A DNA stretch of 39,517 nt from Octopus bimaculoides (taxonomy: Eukaryota): positions 20,931,744 through 20,971,260 of the forward strand of contig NC_068989.1 of the NCBI RefSeq assembly GCF_001194135.2, read 5' to 3'. Below the pieces are notes generated by a model. That model was not told the origin of the DNA. It worked only from the letters and a program-made list of their open reading frames with translations, and ran no database searches. The translations under genes and the position numbers were made by a program. Below, piece by piece: positions 1 to 10,640 of this stretch (the stretch's first letter is position 1; every line of letters begins with the position of its first letter).

Positions 1-232
1 GTGTGGTAAGAAACTTGCTTACCAACCACATAGATCCGGGTTCAGTCTCACTGTCTGACATTTTGTGCAAGTGTCTTCTACTATAGCCTCGAGCTGACCT
101 AAGCATTGTGAGTGGATTCGGTGGTGCATCAGCATGGCCGCAGCTCTAAGCTGAAACGTAAAAAAAAAAAAAAATGTGTGTGCGTGTGTGTGTGTGCGTG
201 TGTGTGTAGCCCCCACCACCGCTTGACAACCT
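1..232 (+). mobile_element. tRNA-derived SINE (octopus OK-like family), 5' part; head clipped by window edge, 3' part interrupted
   Basis: A-box-like TGGTAAG at 4-10, B-box-like GGGTTCAGTCTC at 38-49, then body (GCAAGTGTCTTCTACTATAGCC...TTGTGAGTGGAT) and internal (TG)n; the same body recurs at 6317-6575 and 32181-32291. Family name is from memory. Confidence 0.75.
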
Positions 233-244
233 ATGTCGGGGGAC

Positions 245-788
245 ATGCGAAAGTATGCAGAGTGAACCGCTGGACAAAGATTGACCTTGTACTCTGCTGT
301 ACATGCGCATTACGTTTTAACGGTCGAGCTCAGTTCCGCCGTTTACAGCAGTGCTTTTATGGAAGGAATGTAGCGTGTGATCATCGCATTAACCATGACA
401 GAGAAAGTTGTCCTGGCGATACCTGCTCATATGTCTGCGCAAAGTTGCAGAAAGTGTACGGAGAGGAGTGTATGAGGCGCACACACAGAGGTTTCCAATA
501 TGGCCGAAAACATGATGATATTGACGAGCCTTCTGGGAGACCCGCAACCAGTAGAAGTGAGAAAAATATTGCAGATGTGCGTGCAGCTGTGTAGGAAATC
601 GTCGAATCACCATCCGTGAGTTATCATAGGATATACAGATTAGTTATGGTTCAGTTCTGTCCATTATCACTGAAAATCTGGGTATGAGACGCGTGTCTGG
701 TAAGTTTGTGACTAAAAAGACGCACAGGTTTCAATTTCACTAGATCTCCTTGATTGTGTCGAGATCGATGAAAACTTTTTGAAAACTT
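245..788 (+). mobile_element. mariner-like transposase 5' fragment (pseudogene; HTH region, ends before first catalytic Asp)
   Basis: Frame-hopping translation gives KLQKVYGEECM...DEPSGRPATSRSEKNIADVRAAV.NRRITIRELS.DIQISYGSVLSIITENLGMRRVS.KFV...LDCVEIDENFLKT, typical of mariner N-terminal domains; stops and frameshifts present. Confidence 0.85.
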
Positions 789-1040
789 TGCGTAGGCCAC
801 TGAGCAGGTATCACCAAGCTTTTAGCAAAGTTTGATGCAGATTCTCTGCTCACCTTTTTCTGACATGTTCAATGCAACGATCACACGCTACACACCTTTT
901 TTCCAAGCACTGCTGTAAACAGCGTTAGTGCACATAGATAACAGAGTTTAAGGTCAATCTGTGTGCCAAGCGGCTTCACTCTGCGTGCTTTAGCTTCGTT
1001 ACTATGGCAACAGTCCGGGTACTTATTGATCAGGCCAGTA
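789..1040 (-). mobile_element. mariner 5' end (TIR, 5' UTR and first ~27 codons), inverted relative to 245-788
   Basis: Minus strand starts TA-CTGGCCTGATCAATAAGTACCCGGACTG (mariner-style TIR after TA, 1011-1040); ATG at 866-864 gives MSEKGEQRICIKLC*KLGDTCSVAYAK; 790-990 is the reverse complement of ~250-450. Confidence 0.8.
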
Positions 1041-1276
1041 TGTGTGTATATGTGCGTGCTGGTATGCGAGTATGTATATATTTTCACACGCACATAAACG
1101 CATACGCAAACATACATGTGTACATATATACATACACACATACGTGCATACGTATGCGCATGCATTCACACACACATGCATACATCCATATGCATACATA
1201 CATATATACAAACATACACACATACATACATACATACATACATACATACATACATACATACATACATACATACATG
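1041..1276. repeat. compound (CA/TA)n and (ACAT)n microsatellite
   Basis: Direct reading; explains the spurious HTYI/MYVC ORFs. Confidence 0.95.
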
Positions 1277-1649
1277 CATATCATGCATCGTACTGCTCTC
1301 TGATTTATGTTTTTATAGTCAGACACTTTTTTGAACTGAGTCAAATTTAGATAGTAATAATTATATTTATTTATTTTATCCACTGCCTGCCTGCCGTTCA
1401 GTCTACTTCATAGAATGTTATTTCATATCTGATGTCGCTTAAGTTGTTTTTCAACTTAGGAGTGTTTATAACCTGAAGTATCTCAACTTCCTTTCTTTTC
1501 AGTGGGTCAGTCTGCTTTGTTGCTCTGTTGGTGTTGGTATTGCTGAGGTTCCACTGTAAATTCCTGCTACTATTACGTTACAAAAATTTAAATGTTATGC
1601 ATTTCAGACTAGCTTTTAAGAATGAATGTATTCTGTTGCCTGTAACGTA

Positions 1650-1795
1650 GCTATTTGTGTGTATGTGTGTGCGTTTTCGTTTGTACATGTATACGGATAT
1701 AGTGTGCACATGTCCGTGCGTGCGTGTGTGTACGTATGCGTGTGTGTGTGTTTATGTATATATATACACATATATATACACACACGTATATATTG
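1650..1795. repeat. degenerate (TG)n/(TA)n microsatellite
   Basis: Direct reading. Confidence 0.9.
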
Positions 1796-2127
1796 GATGA
1801 AAGGGTACACTGTCGCAAGGAGGTGCATGCTGACGCAAGGACAATTCAATCAAAATGTGTAGAAAGCACAGTATGAGAGGAGCATGAAGGGAGAAATAAG
1901 TATTAGAAGGGAAGAAAGAAGAAAATATAATGGAGTGAGAGCAAGGAGGAATTTAAGCAAGGTCACTTGACTGGTAGTAAATAACAGAGGTGCTTTGGCT
2001 GAATCGCAGAATTTAGTAAGGGGAGTGGTATTTGAAGAATAAATAATTTGTAGGGGAGACGGTGGGGAAATATTTTTGGTCGTTTTGTGTGGAGAAAGAA
2101 AGTGTGTATGAATATAGCAAAGTATTC

Positions 2128-2265
2128 TACATTCTGAGTTCATATTCCACCAAGGTCGACTTTTCATCCTTTCGGATCGATAAATCAAGTACCAGTGAAA
2201 CACTGGGGTCGATGTAATTGACAGACCTTGTGTCTATAGTAGAAAAGATTATAGTGGTAGTTCTG
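2128..2265 (+). mobile_element. SINE fragment with Meta/MESC-like central domain
   Basis: TTCTGAGTTCATATTCC (B box) followed by AAGGTCGACTTTTCATCCTTTCGGATCGATAAATCAAGTACCAG; the same family occurs at 20370-20505. Domain name is from memory. Confidence 0.7.
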
Positions 2266-2269
2266 AGAG

Positions 2270-3625
2270 TTACTGCTGTTAAGGGTCATTTGGTGTATGG
2301 AGCTGGGGGTTATGTTGTGTTAATTTATTAGGTTGGATTTAGCTGGTTGTGGATTGGAGGTTAAACATTTTTCTAAGGGAGCTAGATTTAGTGAAATGTT
2401 TTTCCAGTAGGGCGAAGAAGAGTTCGAGTTCTCGAATCTGGAGGTAAAGGACAGAGGTGGGTTGAACCAGATAACGTTCCGGGTTATAGTCTGTTTAATC
2501 TGATTAGTGGGGTTACCTGGGTGCAGATAGGGCTTTGGAGGTCTATGCTGGTGTCTGATTTGATGGCTTGTGTTGTATATGGGATTTGGGGTTATCTAGT
2601 AGGGAGGTTGTTTGTTAGGTCATCTACTACACCGATATTTGAATGGGTATTGGAGGGCTGGGATGAAGGGGTACGTCTATAATATGGGGGTGCGGAACTG
2701 TTTTCTGTTCCAGGTTTAATGGAGAAAGGAATATCCCACGTGAGGATATATTCAATTGAGTGTTTATATCCGGCCCGTTGTAGGGCACAATTGTAATATT
2801 CAGCATATTGATCGAATAAATAATTATTAGCAGATAGTGAGGAGATCCGGTAGGAAATGCTTTCTGCAATGGGCTTTAGGACGGAGGGGGTGGTTGGAGG
2901 AGAAGTTCACGTAGTGGAGGTTGTCTTCAGGTTTGTGGTATGGGTAGAAGGTTTTGCTTTGCAAGTCCAGGGTTATGTCTAAGAAATTAGCAGTTTTGAC
3001 GTTGTTACAGAAAGAGATATTGAGGTTGACGTTTTTAAAAGAGCTTCTTAATCTTATTTTAGTCTGTTCGATTATCCGGTTACTAGAATTTTGGATAGTG
3101 AACAGAGCATCTCCTCTGTATAGACCACCGGAAATGTTAGGGAATTGTTCATGGAAATCGTTAAGTAGGTAGAGTCCTATAAGGTCAGGAACTTAGGCAG
3201 AGTCATTGGCTCCCATGGAGATGTCGAAAAGATTAGGCGCAACATTGCGGGACCAGGAGTTCCCATTAAAAGGTATGGTATTTTGGTGGGCTGCTAATAT
3301 AATATCAATATCGTCGCGAGTTAGGTTGGAATGTTTTTCGGCGAAAATTAGGGCCTTATTAAGAAGAATAGCAGAAATACTATCAATAATATTGATCAAT
3401 GTCGGCTTGCATAAATTTAAAGGTTTGCTTAGGGTATAGAGAGGTGAGCCTTTGGAGATCTTCAGCGGTTTTGGTCCAAAGTTTTTTGTAGATTTGGTTC
3501 AAAGTTGGGGTATTATTTAATCGAGTATAATTTTGCTAAGCTTATCTATATCGGAGCTGGAGGGGGCAGATATGGCCAGTGGGGCGGGGAGGGGGGTCAC
3601 TGCGAAGTTTTCTTTGTGATCTTAC
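2270..3625 (-). mobile_element. Penelope-like retroelement, RT domain and thumb (5'-truncated pseudogene)
   Basis: Minus strand reads KDHKENF...SDIDKLSKIILD...FKFMQADI (motif A)...LLNKALIFA...LFDISMGANDSA*VPDLIGLYLL (motif B)...GGLYRGDAL (motif C, DD decayed)...NFLDITLDL...PYHKPED...SSNHP...RNVIWFNPP...FFALLEKHF...LRKMFN. A possible GIY-YIG remnant lies at ~1950-2040 beyond the SINE (weak). Confidence 0.85.
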
Positions 3626-3827
3626 ATTTATATCTATCTATCTATCTATTTATATATGTAATATTTTGGGACTAATGGGTATATGTCGATTAGTGTGTTA
3701 ATTTTGGTTATTGAAATTTAGTAGTAATGAAAATTGTAACAACACTTCATTCCCTAACATGACGGGCAAATAATAACATGACTGCCCGAGCTCAAGATCT
3801 TTAGCGAGACACCACTTTATGTATGGA

Positions 3828-3937
3828 TGTACTTGATGTGACTCAGACTGCAAAATGGATGCATGCAACACAACATAATGAACGGAGTCCCACCCATATG
3901 AGACAATAGCAGGATGGGTCGAAACGATCGTCGTATA
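3828..3937 (+). ncRNA. degenerate type I hammerhead ribozyme
   Basis: Stem I TGTAC(3828-32)/GTATA(3933-37); core TTGATGT (vs CTGATGA); stem II GACTC(3840-44)/GGGTC(3916-20); GAAA; palindromic stem III ACGATCGT; GTC triplet at 3930-32. Confidence 0.5.
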
Positions 3938-3989
3938 AAATAAGATTAATGCCCAGTCCATCTTCTGGTTACTTGATTATTATTATCTC

Positions 3990-3992
<3 letters not shown>

Positions 3993-4053
<61 letters not shown>
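3993..4053. repeat. (TA)n(TG)n microsatellite running into a gap
   Basis: Direct reading. Confidence 0.95.
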
Positions 4054-5381
4054 NNNNNNNNNNNNNNNNNNNNNNNNNNNNNNNNNNNNNNNNNNNNNNN
4101 NNNNNNNNNNNNNNNNNNNNNNNNNNNNNNNNNNNNNNNNNNNNNNNNNNNNNNNNNNNNNNNNNNNNNNNNNNNNNNNNNNNNNNNNNNNNNNNNNNNN
4201 NNNNNNNNNNNNNNNNNNNNNNNNNNNNNNNNNNNNNNNNNNNNNNNNNNNNNNNNNNNNNNNNNNNNNNNNNNNNNNNNNNNNNNNNNNNNNNNNNNNN
4301 NNNNNNNNNNNNNNNNNNNNNNNNNNNNNNNNAAAATCTTCAGAACGTTTGTACAAGCACATATATTTGTTCGTATTTATATTTTTATATTTACCTATAT
4401 TCATTTAGTGATATAAGTGTATGGATATAATAAATCCTACATTTTTTTTAATGAAAGTTTTTAATGAAAGTCTGTACCTATTTTCCTTATGTGATTACCA
4501 ATTATTCATGTTTTTCATTAATTTTAATATTTTAATAAATATTTCTCCTATGTTTTATTGTAATATTTTATCACGTATTCATATATATTACATTTTATAT
4601 TTTATTACCAGATATTTATTTTAGAAGCTTATTAATGTTAACATTAAAATATTGTAGTGTATGATGAGATGTTGGTAAAAACCAATAGCTTTTCGCATAT
4701 TGTAATGTTTAAATGTTTTGCACAGTTACCTCCCTTTAGCTATATTTCACAAAACTGAACATTTTTTTAAAAATTTAGATAATTATTTTTTCAATTAGAA
4801 AATTACCTTAGACGTATTTATAACATAATAACAGATTCCTCTCCGTACATATTAATTTTCATTACCCCCCTTAATATTTAAAGCAACTTAGACAATTTCT
4901 TCTAAAACGTTCCGTGAATATTTCTTAAATTTGTTTTGTATTTTATAGATTAGTTTTAACGGACCCGATAGAACGATTTTGTTTTAAATATTAGCTGACC
5001 AATTACGTTGTGAGATTGACATTGGTCTTACCCCACTTATCATAAAGGTATTATGATGACATTCTTTTGTTAGTAAATAATAACATCACACTTAATTTAT
5101 ACCCAAATTATTTCTTTATTGATATAATTACGTAATGATTCCCCAGCTCTGTTTACCTTAACTAAATTTTATTACTATTCTATTGCATAGTTTTTAGTTT
5201 CGAACTAATGACCCCTGCTATAGGGATCATCCCATTTACCCCAACCAATAAATTTTATCTTTACTATCTCCTCCACCAAATAGAAATAAGATGTGATCTC
5301 AAAACTTCTGAATACAACCTTAAACTTTACTTTTTACTATTTTACATTTTTTTTTTACTTTTCTAATTCGTACCATTATGG

Positions 5382-5481
5382 ACTCTCTGATGAAGCTTTG
5401 GGGTTCAATGTTTGTATAATTTTTGTATGATGTGTCAATTTTGGCATGCCGGAACCCCAAGGTAGAAACAGCTGTAAGAGT
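5382..5481 (+). ncRNA. type I hammerhead ribozyme with intact catalytic core (PLE/retrozyme type)
   Basis: Stem I ACTCT(5382-86)/AGAGT(5477-81); CTGATGA 5387-93; 12-bp stem II GCTTTGGGGTTC(5395-5406)/GAACCCCAAGGT(5452-63); GAAAC 5465-69; palindromic stem III ACAGCTGT; GTA triplet at 5474-76. Confidence 0.8.
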
Positions 5482-6316
5482 AGAGTTGCATTTATTTATT
5501 TATTTATTCTTATAATTGTAATTAATAAATAGATCTTGTTGATGCTTGTGAATTAAATATCTTCTCAATCTTCTTCCCTGCCTTATAAATTCTGGCTAAA
5601 CTTTTATATACTTCCACTTATACTTATCATTCAATTGTACTATGTCTTGCAACAGTAAGCATTTGGATATAAGCAGGTATACCTCCAGTAGTATACTGAA
5701 TATTTATTATCTCTTAGATGGTTGTCTACGAACCTCTAACTCATATATACGTATATATATATATATATATATNNNNNNNNNNNNNNNNNNNNNNNNNNNN
5801 NNNNNNNNNNNNNNNNNNNNNNNNNNNNNNNNNNNNNNNNNNNNNNNNNNNNNNNNNNNNNNNNNNNNNNNNNNNNNNNNNNNNNNNNNNNNNNNNNNNN
5901 NNNNNNNNNNNNNNNNNNNNNNNNNNNNNNNNNNNNNNNNNNNNNNNNNNNNNNNNNNNNNNNNNNNNNNNNNNNNNNNNNNNNNNNNNNNNNNNNNNNN
6001 NNNNNNNNNNNNNNNNNNNNNNNNNNNNNNNNNNNNNNNNNNNNNNNNNNNNNNNNNNNNNNNNNNNNNNNNNNNNNNNNNNNNNNNNNNNNNNNNNNNN
6101 NNNNNNNNNNNNNNNNNNNNNNNNNNNNNNNNNNNNNNNNNNNNNNNNNNNNNNNNNACACACACACACACACACATTTACATACATACATACATGGGAC
6201 AAAGTACTGCTGAACGACCTCAGGACACTGAATCTTACGGAGATGAAAAAGAATACAAGTTATATCAAATGCCAAAGAGCAATTCTTGTTTTATTAAAAC
6301 TATCTTCACACAGGTG

Positions 6317-6575
6317 TGGCTGTTAGGCTAAAAAGTTTGCTTCCCAATCATGGGTCTTAGGTTCAGTTCTACTGTGCGACGCCGTGAGTGTACCAAAGCT
6401 TTGTGAGTGGATTTAGTGTTTACGACCCCATAACTTACCGGTTCGGCACCAGATTTAGATAGAATAAGTACCTGACTTGAAAATAAGTACTGAAGTCGAT
6501 TTTGTTCAACTAAACCCTTCAAGACTGTGCTCTATTAGGATCTCAGTCCAATGAATGAAACAAATAAAAGATAGA
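6317..6575 (+). mobile_element. OK-like SINE, internally deleted, with head and 3' tail
   Basis: GGTGTGGCTGTTAGGCTAAAAAGTTTGCTTCCCAA...GGTTCAGTTC head, CTTTGTGAGTGGATTT, CCGGTTCGGCA, AGAATAAGTAC, GTCGATTT and a tail ending AATGAATGAAACAAATAAAAGA. Confidence 0.7.
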
Positions 6576-7256
6576 AGATACGCGCTTGCACACACACACA
6601 CACACACAAATACAAACACGCACGCACATATAGTTGTGGGCTTGTGCTCAGCAGTTGCTGCCTCGTGTATGACGAATCAAGCTGTCCGCCGAGCATAGAG
6701 TGAAGATTACGCACCACCTTCCTTTAGCAGAGATTGAAGGCAGATCTTTCTCTGCTTAATGGCCGAAGCAAAAGAAGCAGTGTGGTGAGCCTGTTTGAAA
6801 GGTTTGAAGAAAGGAACTTTCCAATCTGGTCAACTTCTCATCAATCTCTTCAAATATCATTTGAAGAGGATGAAAGGGAGGTGCTGCCTTCTAGTGTGCT
6901 TATCAAAAGGTGGACGGGATTGGCAAGGCTGGAGAGACTGAATGGATCTGCTCTGAATACGCTTTTAAGTAGAATGAAAGAAACTAGAAAAGGGCACTTC
7001 CCATCTCTTGGGGGTGACTGAGTAATCCGGGTCTTCTGCGTGGAATTTACTCCGAATTATTCTAAGTGAAATTCGCCGCTCTTGGGGATTCTATTTAATT
7101 ATCAATTATTTGTTTCTCTCACTTCTATTTCTATATCCTTCGATATATCCTTTTATATTATAGTGTCTCCCTTGATCGATGTAGACTCCACCTGTTTTTG
7201 TGCCTTGTATCTCGTCCTTTGATATTGTCTTCCATGCATTGGACCCTTGTGGCTCA

Positions 7257-7314
<58 letters not shown>

Positions 7315-7875
7315 GAGTGAGAGAGCGGTGCATGCCATCAAAGTGACGCTGGAGTAAAATATATCAACCCCAGTATACCCATCATGACTACCCATCTGAT
7401 AAGGGTACACCAGGCACATGCATCTCAACCATATGTGCGCGACATGGTGATCTCATACCAAGATTAACAGCGCATGATCTTGCAGGTGGGGCCCAATTAG
7501 AATTTTCTTCATGTCGAGTAGCCTATCCCGCGCAAAAGGTCAGTGAATAAGGGTTGTTTAAGGATATTGAACAAAACACCTGTTTCCAAAGGTGAATTAT
7601 CAAATCCCAAAGAATTCCTCTCAACACATGGCTATGATGCTCCGCCACTACTTCTGCTCGTGATCAGAGATGCACATATCGTTAGCCACTAAGGGACATG
7701 CCCAACTGGCTAAGATAAAAAAAAACAAAAGCTTACAAACAAATTGTGGTATTGAGCAGAATACTTGCTGTAGCCCATTTTTTATACCAAGACAAAGCAA
7801 TGTACATGATAACACCTCCAGTCAGTTATGGTCAGAAGCTATGAGAGCCACTGCCTGGTACTGCATCTGGGCATT
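7315..7875 (-). mobile_element. ~560-bp non-coding element embedded in (AAT)n, copy 1
   Basis: Near-identical to 8148-8813, 16402-16819 and 16906-17459; minus strand starts AATGCCCAGATGCAGTACCAGG and ends CTCTCTCACTC-(AAT)n; flanked on both sides by (ATT)n on the + strand. Confidence 0.8.
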
Positions 7876-7892
7876 TATTTATTTTTTTATTA

Positions 7893-7949
<57 letters not shown>

Positions 7950-7952
<3 letters not shown>

Positions 7953-8115
7953 TAGTTTTATTTTTATAACGTGCTTTCACTTCACTACCGAGCGCAGCTC
8001 TGTGTGCCTTGGGTATGTGCTGTGGTTTGCTGTGATGCTCTTATGGTTACTGTATTGAAAGTGTTTTGCGTAGGATGTGTGCAGTGCCCAGTAGTGCAAT
8101 TTTCTGTATGTTATA
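7950..8115 (-). mobile_element. R4/Dong-like LINE 3' end (last codons and 3' UTR), 5'-truncated, in (AAT)n
   Basis: Minus strand reads YNIQKIALLGTAHILRKTLSIQ*, then a 3' UTR ending AAAATAAAACTACTG-(AAT)n; same as 16269-16383 and 39293-39477. Confidence 0.8.
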
Positions 8116-8116
8116 C

Positions 8117-8147
<31 letters not shown>

Positions 8148-8813
8148 GAGTGAGAGNNNNNNNNNNNNNNNNNNNNNNNNNNNNNNNNNNNNNNNNNNNN
8201 NNNNNNNNNNNNNNNNNNNNNNNNNNNNNNNNNNNNNNNNNNNNNNNNNNNNNNNNNNNNNNNNNNNNNNNNNNNNNNNNNNNNNNNNNNNNNNNNNNNN
8301 NNNNNNNNNNNNNNNNNNNNNNNNNNNNNNNNNNNNNNNNNNNNNNNNNNNNNNNNNNNNNNNNNNNNNNNNNNNNNNNNNNNNNNNNNNNNNNNNNNNN
8401 NNNNNNNNNNNNNNNNNNNNNNNNNNNNNNNNNNNNNNNNNNNNNNNNNNNNNNNNNNNNNNNCCATCCCGCTCAAAAAGGTCCCTGAATAAGGTTTGTT
8501 TAAGAATGTTGAGCAAATCACCCATGTTTCCAAAGGTGAATTATTCAAACCCCAAAGAATTCCTCTCAATACATGGCTATGATGCTCCCCCACTACTTCT
8601 GCTCATGATCAGAGATGCACATATCGTCAGCCACCAAGGGACATGCTCAACTGGTTAAAGTCAAACAACTGACAAGCAAATCTGTAGTATTGAGCAGAAT
8701 ATTTACTGTAGCCCAACTTTTATACCAAGACAAAACAATGTACATGATAACACTTCCAATAAGTTAAGATCAGATTTCATGAGAACCACTGCCTGGTACT
8801 GCATCAGGGTATT
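8148..8813 (-). mobile_element. ~560-bp (AAT)n-associated element, copy 2 (spans gap 8157-8463)
   Basis: GAGTGAGAG terminus at 8148; the body 8464-8813 matches copy 1. Confidence 0.75.
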
Positions 8814-8953
8814 TCTTCTTCTTCTTCTTCTTCTTCTTCTTCTTCTTCTTCTTCTTCTTCTTCTTCTTCTTCTTCTTCTTCTTCTTCTTCTTCTTCTTCT
8901 TCTTCTTCTTCTTCTTCTTCTTCTTCTTCTTCTTCTTCTTCTTCTTCTTCTTC
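8814..8953. repeat. (CTT)n microsatellite, ~46 units
   Basis: Direct reading. Confidence 0.97.
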
Positions 8954-9089
8954 GTCTCGATTTTATCATTGGAGCGTAGTGTTTTTTAAGTTAGTTTTAT
9001 TCTTTCTCATTCTTACTAACTTTCCATCTTGTTTTATCCCTATCAGCTGCAGCTACTGAAATTCACAAACTATTACTAGCCGTCCGATG

Positions 9090-9183
9090 CTGACTTATTT
9101 TTCCTTCCTTTTCTTTCTCTTTCTGATAACATCCATCATTTACCCTTCATTCTATCTTTCCTTCCCCTCTCTCTCTCCATTTC

Positions 9184-9229
<46 letters not shown>

Positions 9230-9345
9230 CCCTCTCTCTTTCTCTCTCGCTTCTCACTTTCCTATCCGCCTCTCTTTCTTTCGGTCTCTCTCACCCACAC
9301 TCAGCTTCTTGTTCTCTCCCCTTTTCTCGTACACTTATTCATTCT
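9090..9345. repeat. pyrimidine-rich low-complexity tract with (CT)n
   Basis: Direct reading. Confidence 0.85.
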
Positions 9346-9434
9346 AGTGTACACAGACTCTCGCAGACAAACCTCGTTCTGCGTTGGTTGAACAGACGAG
9401 AGATGGTTAAATTCACGAAACAGTTAAAGGAAAA

Positions 9435-10640
9435 CCTATTCTTTTCTTCTTTTAATGGTTTCAGTCGTAGGAGTGCGGCCATGCTGGAGCACCGCCGTAA
9501 CTTATTTTCTATCGGTTTTGCTTTCGCTTTATGGCAGGAAGTTGATCTGTGACTGAGTTTGGAGCAGCTGATCTTCCCTGGGGGTATCCTTGAATGTTTG
9601 GCTGGTCCAGGATAGTCGTTTGGAATTTATCCAATGCTTGTTTTAATGTTTCAGCAGAGGCTCTTTTCATGCTTCTGATTTCTTTAGGTAAGTAGTTGAA
9701 CAGTCGATGACCCCTAAATATCAGACTGGTACAATAAAGTATTTTCGCTCGTGATTTCGAAAGAGGTATATTTGGAAGCAGCCGATTGTCTTCTACCGCG
9801 TAAGAAGTCAATAAGCTATTCTTCGTGACTTCCTGTGATACCAAGATCCATTAACTTATGACAGATGATTCAATGATCAGTCTTGTCAAGTGCATTAGCA
9901 AAATCCAGGTATACGCAGTCAGTGTTCTTTCTTTTCAAGAGATTATTGAGAATAGCGTTATGGTGCTGTAATAGTTGTGACAGGTAACTTTGTCTAGTCC
10001 TAAAACCATGCTATGTGTCATCTAAGAGGTTGCTTGCCTCAAGGTATGTAATTATTCTTTTTCGGACAATGCGTTCGATAACGTTAGATGTGTGAGATGT
10101 GAGAGGAACAGGTCTCTAGAATTTGGCTTCAGCCCTGTGTATAGGATTTAATTTTGCGTCTTTCAGTAGTTCTGGAAATATGCCTTTTGAAACAGTATCA
10201 TTAATGGCTTTGTGAGGAGGTTGTTTTTGCACGTTGTTAACAGTATGGCTAGGAAACCATCTGGTCCAAATGCTGAGTTTGAATCTATGTCATTAAAAGC
10301 AGTAAGTATATCACCTTCCATAATATCATTTTTAGATGTGTCACTACAGTTGAGTTCTGGGGTCAAAGAATTCGTTTGGGTTATATACTATTTTGTTAAC
10401 TATAGGTTGGGAATATGCACTGTTATATTGTTGACTCAAGAGTGTGCATATTTGTGATGGATCCAGTTTGATTACAGGACCAATCAGGTTATGTGTAGCT
10501 GATTTTTGTTTAGTAAAGGGGAAAAAGAACTTAGGTTTAGATCTTATATTTTTCACAGCTCAGCGTTATCTTATCGAAGTTTCTTTTTCATAAGATAGCT
10601 TTGGGTTCAAGTCGTTGGTCTACCTACATTTCCTTTTCTT
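9435..10640 (-). mobile_element. CR1-clade LINE ORF2 pseudogene with 3' UTR, internally deleted
   Basis: Minus strand reads KNIRSKPKFF...IGPV; DILTAFNDIDSNSAFGPDGFLAILL; RPVPLTSHTSNVIERIV...HGFRTRQSYLSQLL...DCVYLDFANALDKTDH (motif A), joined at ~9845 to the C-terminus LIFRGHRLFNYLPKEIR...LDKF...PNIQGY...NSVTDQ; stop at 9509-11. Confidence 0.85.

Noticed and set aside
881-1383. Cluster of HTYI/MYVC-rich ORFs, and similar ones at 1616-1862, 20563-21012, 21948-22911, 30334-30970 and 32668-32946
   Set aside because: These are translations of di- and tetranucleotide microsatellites with no domain content.
4333-5340. Very AT-rich block as a NUMT or RT relic (RYYDDILL at 5046-5069)
   Set aside because: No mitochondrial gene or tRNA is recognisable. 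The YYDD motif has a stop immediately upstream and no convincing motif A or B, so it is too weak without BLASTX, although its position upstream of the 5382 hammerhead makes that search worthwhile.
7153-7260. Minus-strand KGPMHGRQY as another R4 fragment
   Set aside because: Position and polarity fit, but similarity is limited to one short motif.
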